From contig CAVYBU010000007.1 of NCBI GenBank assembly GCA_963766735.1, positions 384,001 through 448,000 of the forward strand: a stretch of 64,000 nucleotides of DNA, given 5' to 3'. A program made the translations under genes and the position numbers. Of the stretch, positions 62,128-64,000 are shown piece by piece. This stretch comes from an uncultured Chloroflexia bacterium. Its GTDB lineage: Bacteria > Chloroflexota > Limnocylindria > Limnocylindrales > CSP1-4. Positions within the stretch are counted from its first letter, which is position 1. Every line of letters begins with the position of its first letter. A model generated the notes under the pieces. The model saw nothing but the letters and a program-made list of their open reading frames with translations. It was not told the DNA's origin and searched no databases.

Positions 62128-62351
62128 TCAGCAGTCCCGGTAGCGCCAGCGCGGCGGCTCATCGCGTGGGCCGCGGAAGATGCGGATCATCCAGACGAGC
62201 CCGATCAGGGCGGCGACGATCGCGAGCAGCGCGATGAGGACATTGGACGGCACCCCCAGTAACGACCCACGGTCGCAACCGAAGCAGGGCTGGAGGCTGA
62301 GCGACACGAAGAACCCGATGGTCAGGATCAGGCCGGTGTGCGGTTCCTCAT
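62128..62351 (-). pseudogene. Small two-TM protein, apparently frameshifted just after the ATG
   Basis: TAAGAT-N6-ATG AGG AAC CGC, then hydrophobic frame TGLILTIGFF...WMIRIFRGPRDEPPRWRYRDC-stop. Confidence 0.5.
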
Positions 62352-62462
62352 GGGGGCATCTTAGGCCCGCGATGCAACGGCGCTTGCCCCCGGTCGCCGC
62401 TCGCCGAGCTGACTAGCGAGCTGGGATCGAACACGAGCGCGCGGAGCCGTACCATCGCCGCC

Positions 62463-62636
62463 ATGTCCACCGCCCTCGATGACGCCTGGAACGACCTCCA
62501 CACCGCCACGCCTCCCGGCTGGTTCGTGGGCCGGCCGTCCTACCACGAGGGGCTCAGGGTCTGGGAGCAGTACGCCTTCGATCCCCGCGAACGGGCCAAG
62601 GCTGGAGCCCGGTCGCGGGAGTGGACTGCAGTTTAG
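62463..62636 (+). CDS. Small hypothetical protein, 57 aa (MSTALDDAWNDLH...), possibly truncated
   Basis: TACCAT-N7-ATG; Trp-rich, GC3-biased; below the ORF-track cutoff. Confidence 0.55.
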   Translation: MSTALDDAWNDLHTATPPGWFVGRPSYHEGLRVWEQYAFDPRERAKAGARSREWTAV

Positions 62637-62830
62637 AGGGACTTCGTGACGATCTTCAACTCTTCGGCGGTTGGCTTGGCGCCGCGGGAGAGCTGGATGA
62701 GCCGATCGGTGCTGAGCCGGGTTGTCGAGGCGAGCTTCTTGATGCCAGCCTGATCGAGCGACTGCAACTTCCGGAACACCGGGACCTCGAATGCGACGAT
62801 CGGGTCCTCGAACCCACTGCGGTCGGGCAT
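62633..62830 (-). CDS. Small putative HTH (Cro/XRE-like) protein
   Basis: GGGAGG SD; IKKLASTTRLSTDRLIQLSRG.KPT..EL pattern resembles an XRE-type HTH. Confidence 0.55.
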   Translation of the reverse strand: MPDRSGFEDPIVAFEVPVFRKLQSLDQAGIKKLASTTRLSTDRLIQLSRGAKPTAEELKIVTKSL

Positions 62831-63084
62831 GTCAGGCGCCTCCCATCAATCAAACTGATCCCCGGAGGACGCGGGATGATTATCGCACGCTGTCAAGGCT
62901 GCGGCCCGCGAGCCTCGGAACCCGGCATCCCGGGTCAAAGTCCGTAGGTCCGCCTACGCCGTCACCCGTGCCCGGGCTCCTTGGTCAATGCGACCATCAT
63001 CTCCGTCGACGTGCCTGGCGCTGCCTCGGTTCGCGCCGGGGACCGTCCGCGCTCGTTCGTGAGCGTCTCGGCGAACATAGCACG

Positions 63085-63110
63085 AGAAGTGCTGCCAGAA
63101 GTGCTGCCAG
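63085..63110. repeat. Tandem 12-bp-period repeat AGAAGTGCTGCCAGAAGTGCTGCCAG, right arm-like site
   Basis: 14 bp from the rpoD-embedded core repeat. Confidence 0.8.
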
Positions 63111-63125
63111 CGTGAGTGGATAGCG

Positions 63126-64000
63126 CTACTCGAGATAGTCCTTGAGCTTGCGGCTCCGCGACGGATGGCGGAGCTTGCGGAGCGCCTTCGCTTCGATCTG
63201 GCGGATCCGCTCGCGGGTCACGTTGAACTCCCTGCCGACCTCCTCGAGGGTCCGGGCACGCCCATCCTCGAGGCCGAACCTCAGCTGCAGCACGCGCCGC
63301 TCGCGGCCCGTCAGGGAGTCCAGCACCGCCTCCACCTGTTCCTTCAGCAGCTGGTGCGATGCCGCCTCCGCCGGGGCCAGGGCCCCACGGTCCTCGATGA
63401 AGTCACCGAGGTGGGAATCCTCCTCCTCGCCGATCGGCGTCTCCAGCGACACCGGCTCCTGCGACACCTTGATGATCTCGCGGACCTTCTCCGGGGTGAC
63501 CACCACCTCCTGACCCTTTGACATCGCCTCCGCGATCTCCTCGACCGTAGGCTCGCGGCCCAGCTCCTGGAGCAGCTGCCGGGAGACACGGATGAGGCGG
63601 TTGATGGTCTCCACCATGTGGACCGGGATGCGGATCGTCCGGGCCTGATCCGCAATGGCCCGGGTGATCGCCTGGCGGATCCACCACGTGGCGTACGTGG
63701 AGAACTTGAACCCCTTCTCGAAGTCGAACTTCTCGACCGCGCGGATGAGGCCGATGTTCCCCTCCTGGATCAGGTCCAGGAACGACATGCCGCGGCCGAT
63801 GTACTTCTTCGCGATCGACACGACGAGGCGCAGGTTGGCCGAGGTCAGCTGCTCGCGCGCGTCGCGCCCGATCTTGACGACATCGCCCTTGCGGTCCCGC
63901 ATCTTGGTCTGCGGCGGCACCTCGGGATCGAAGCCCATCTTCCGCAGCAGGTCGGAGTCGTTGCCAGCCTCGATCCAGCGCTGGAGCGCCGGGAAGGCCA
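63126..64000 (-). CDS. rpoD: Primary sigma factor RpoD/SigA (5' part outside the window)
   Basis: [63 protein letters not shown]. Confidence 0.97.
   Translation of the reverse strand, partial: AFPALQRWIEAGNDSDLLRKMGFDPEVPPQTKMRDRKGDVVKIGRDAREQLTSANLRLVVSIAKKYIGRGMSFLDLIQEGNIGLIRAVEKFDFEKGFKFSTYATWWIRQAITRAIADQARTIRIPVHMVETINRLIRVSRQLLQELGREPTVEEIAEAMSKGQEVVVTPEKVREIIKVSQEPVSLETPIGEEEDSHLGDFIEDRGALAPAEAASHQLLKEQVEAVLDSLTGRERRVLQLRFGLEDGRARTLEEVGREFNVTRERIRQIEAKALRKLRHPSRSRKLKDYLE

Larger units (their letters stand above)
61890..63141. mobile_element. Integrase-less mini integrative element at the rpoD 3' end
   Basis: Exact 17-bp direct repeat GCTACTCGAGATAGTCC at 61890-61906 and 63125-63141 (the rpoD DYLE-stop codons); internal arm-like repeats near both ends. 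Confidence 0.8.

Overview
High-GC bacterial chromosomal window. Gene content and protein style suggest Chloroflexota, possibly Limnocylindria/Ellin6529, but this is inference. Left to right: tRNA-Val(CAC); a minus-strand dcw cluster (mraZ-rsmH-small ORF-ftsL-ftsI-murF-mraY-murD-ftsW-murG-murB-ddl-ftsQ-sbp-ftsA-yjbQ-ftsZ-yggS-yggU, with no murE or murC); a LysM protein; RNase P RNA; sdhCDAB, icd and sucCD; a propionyl-CoA/methylmalonyl-CoA operon; parAB; lipid and envelope-stress genes; arginine deiminase genes; tRNA-Asn; a secreted M11-type metallopeptidase; and the 3' part of rpoD. Two features stand out. (1) Four copies of a non-canonical 16-bp palindrome, GTCTTTGCGCAAAGAC, cluster within 5 kb around parAB. 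Two lie inside coding sequence and force rare codons. The ParB carries altered DNA-specificity residues, so this is a candidate new ParB-parS specificity class. (2) A 1.25-kb integrase-less element sits in the rpoD 3' end, bounded by a 17-bp duplication of the last rpoD codons and tandem arm-like repeats. Several single-base frameshifts suggest residual sequencing error.
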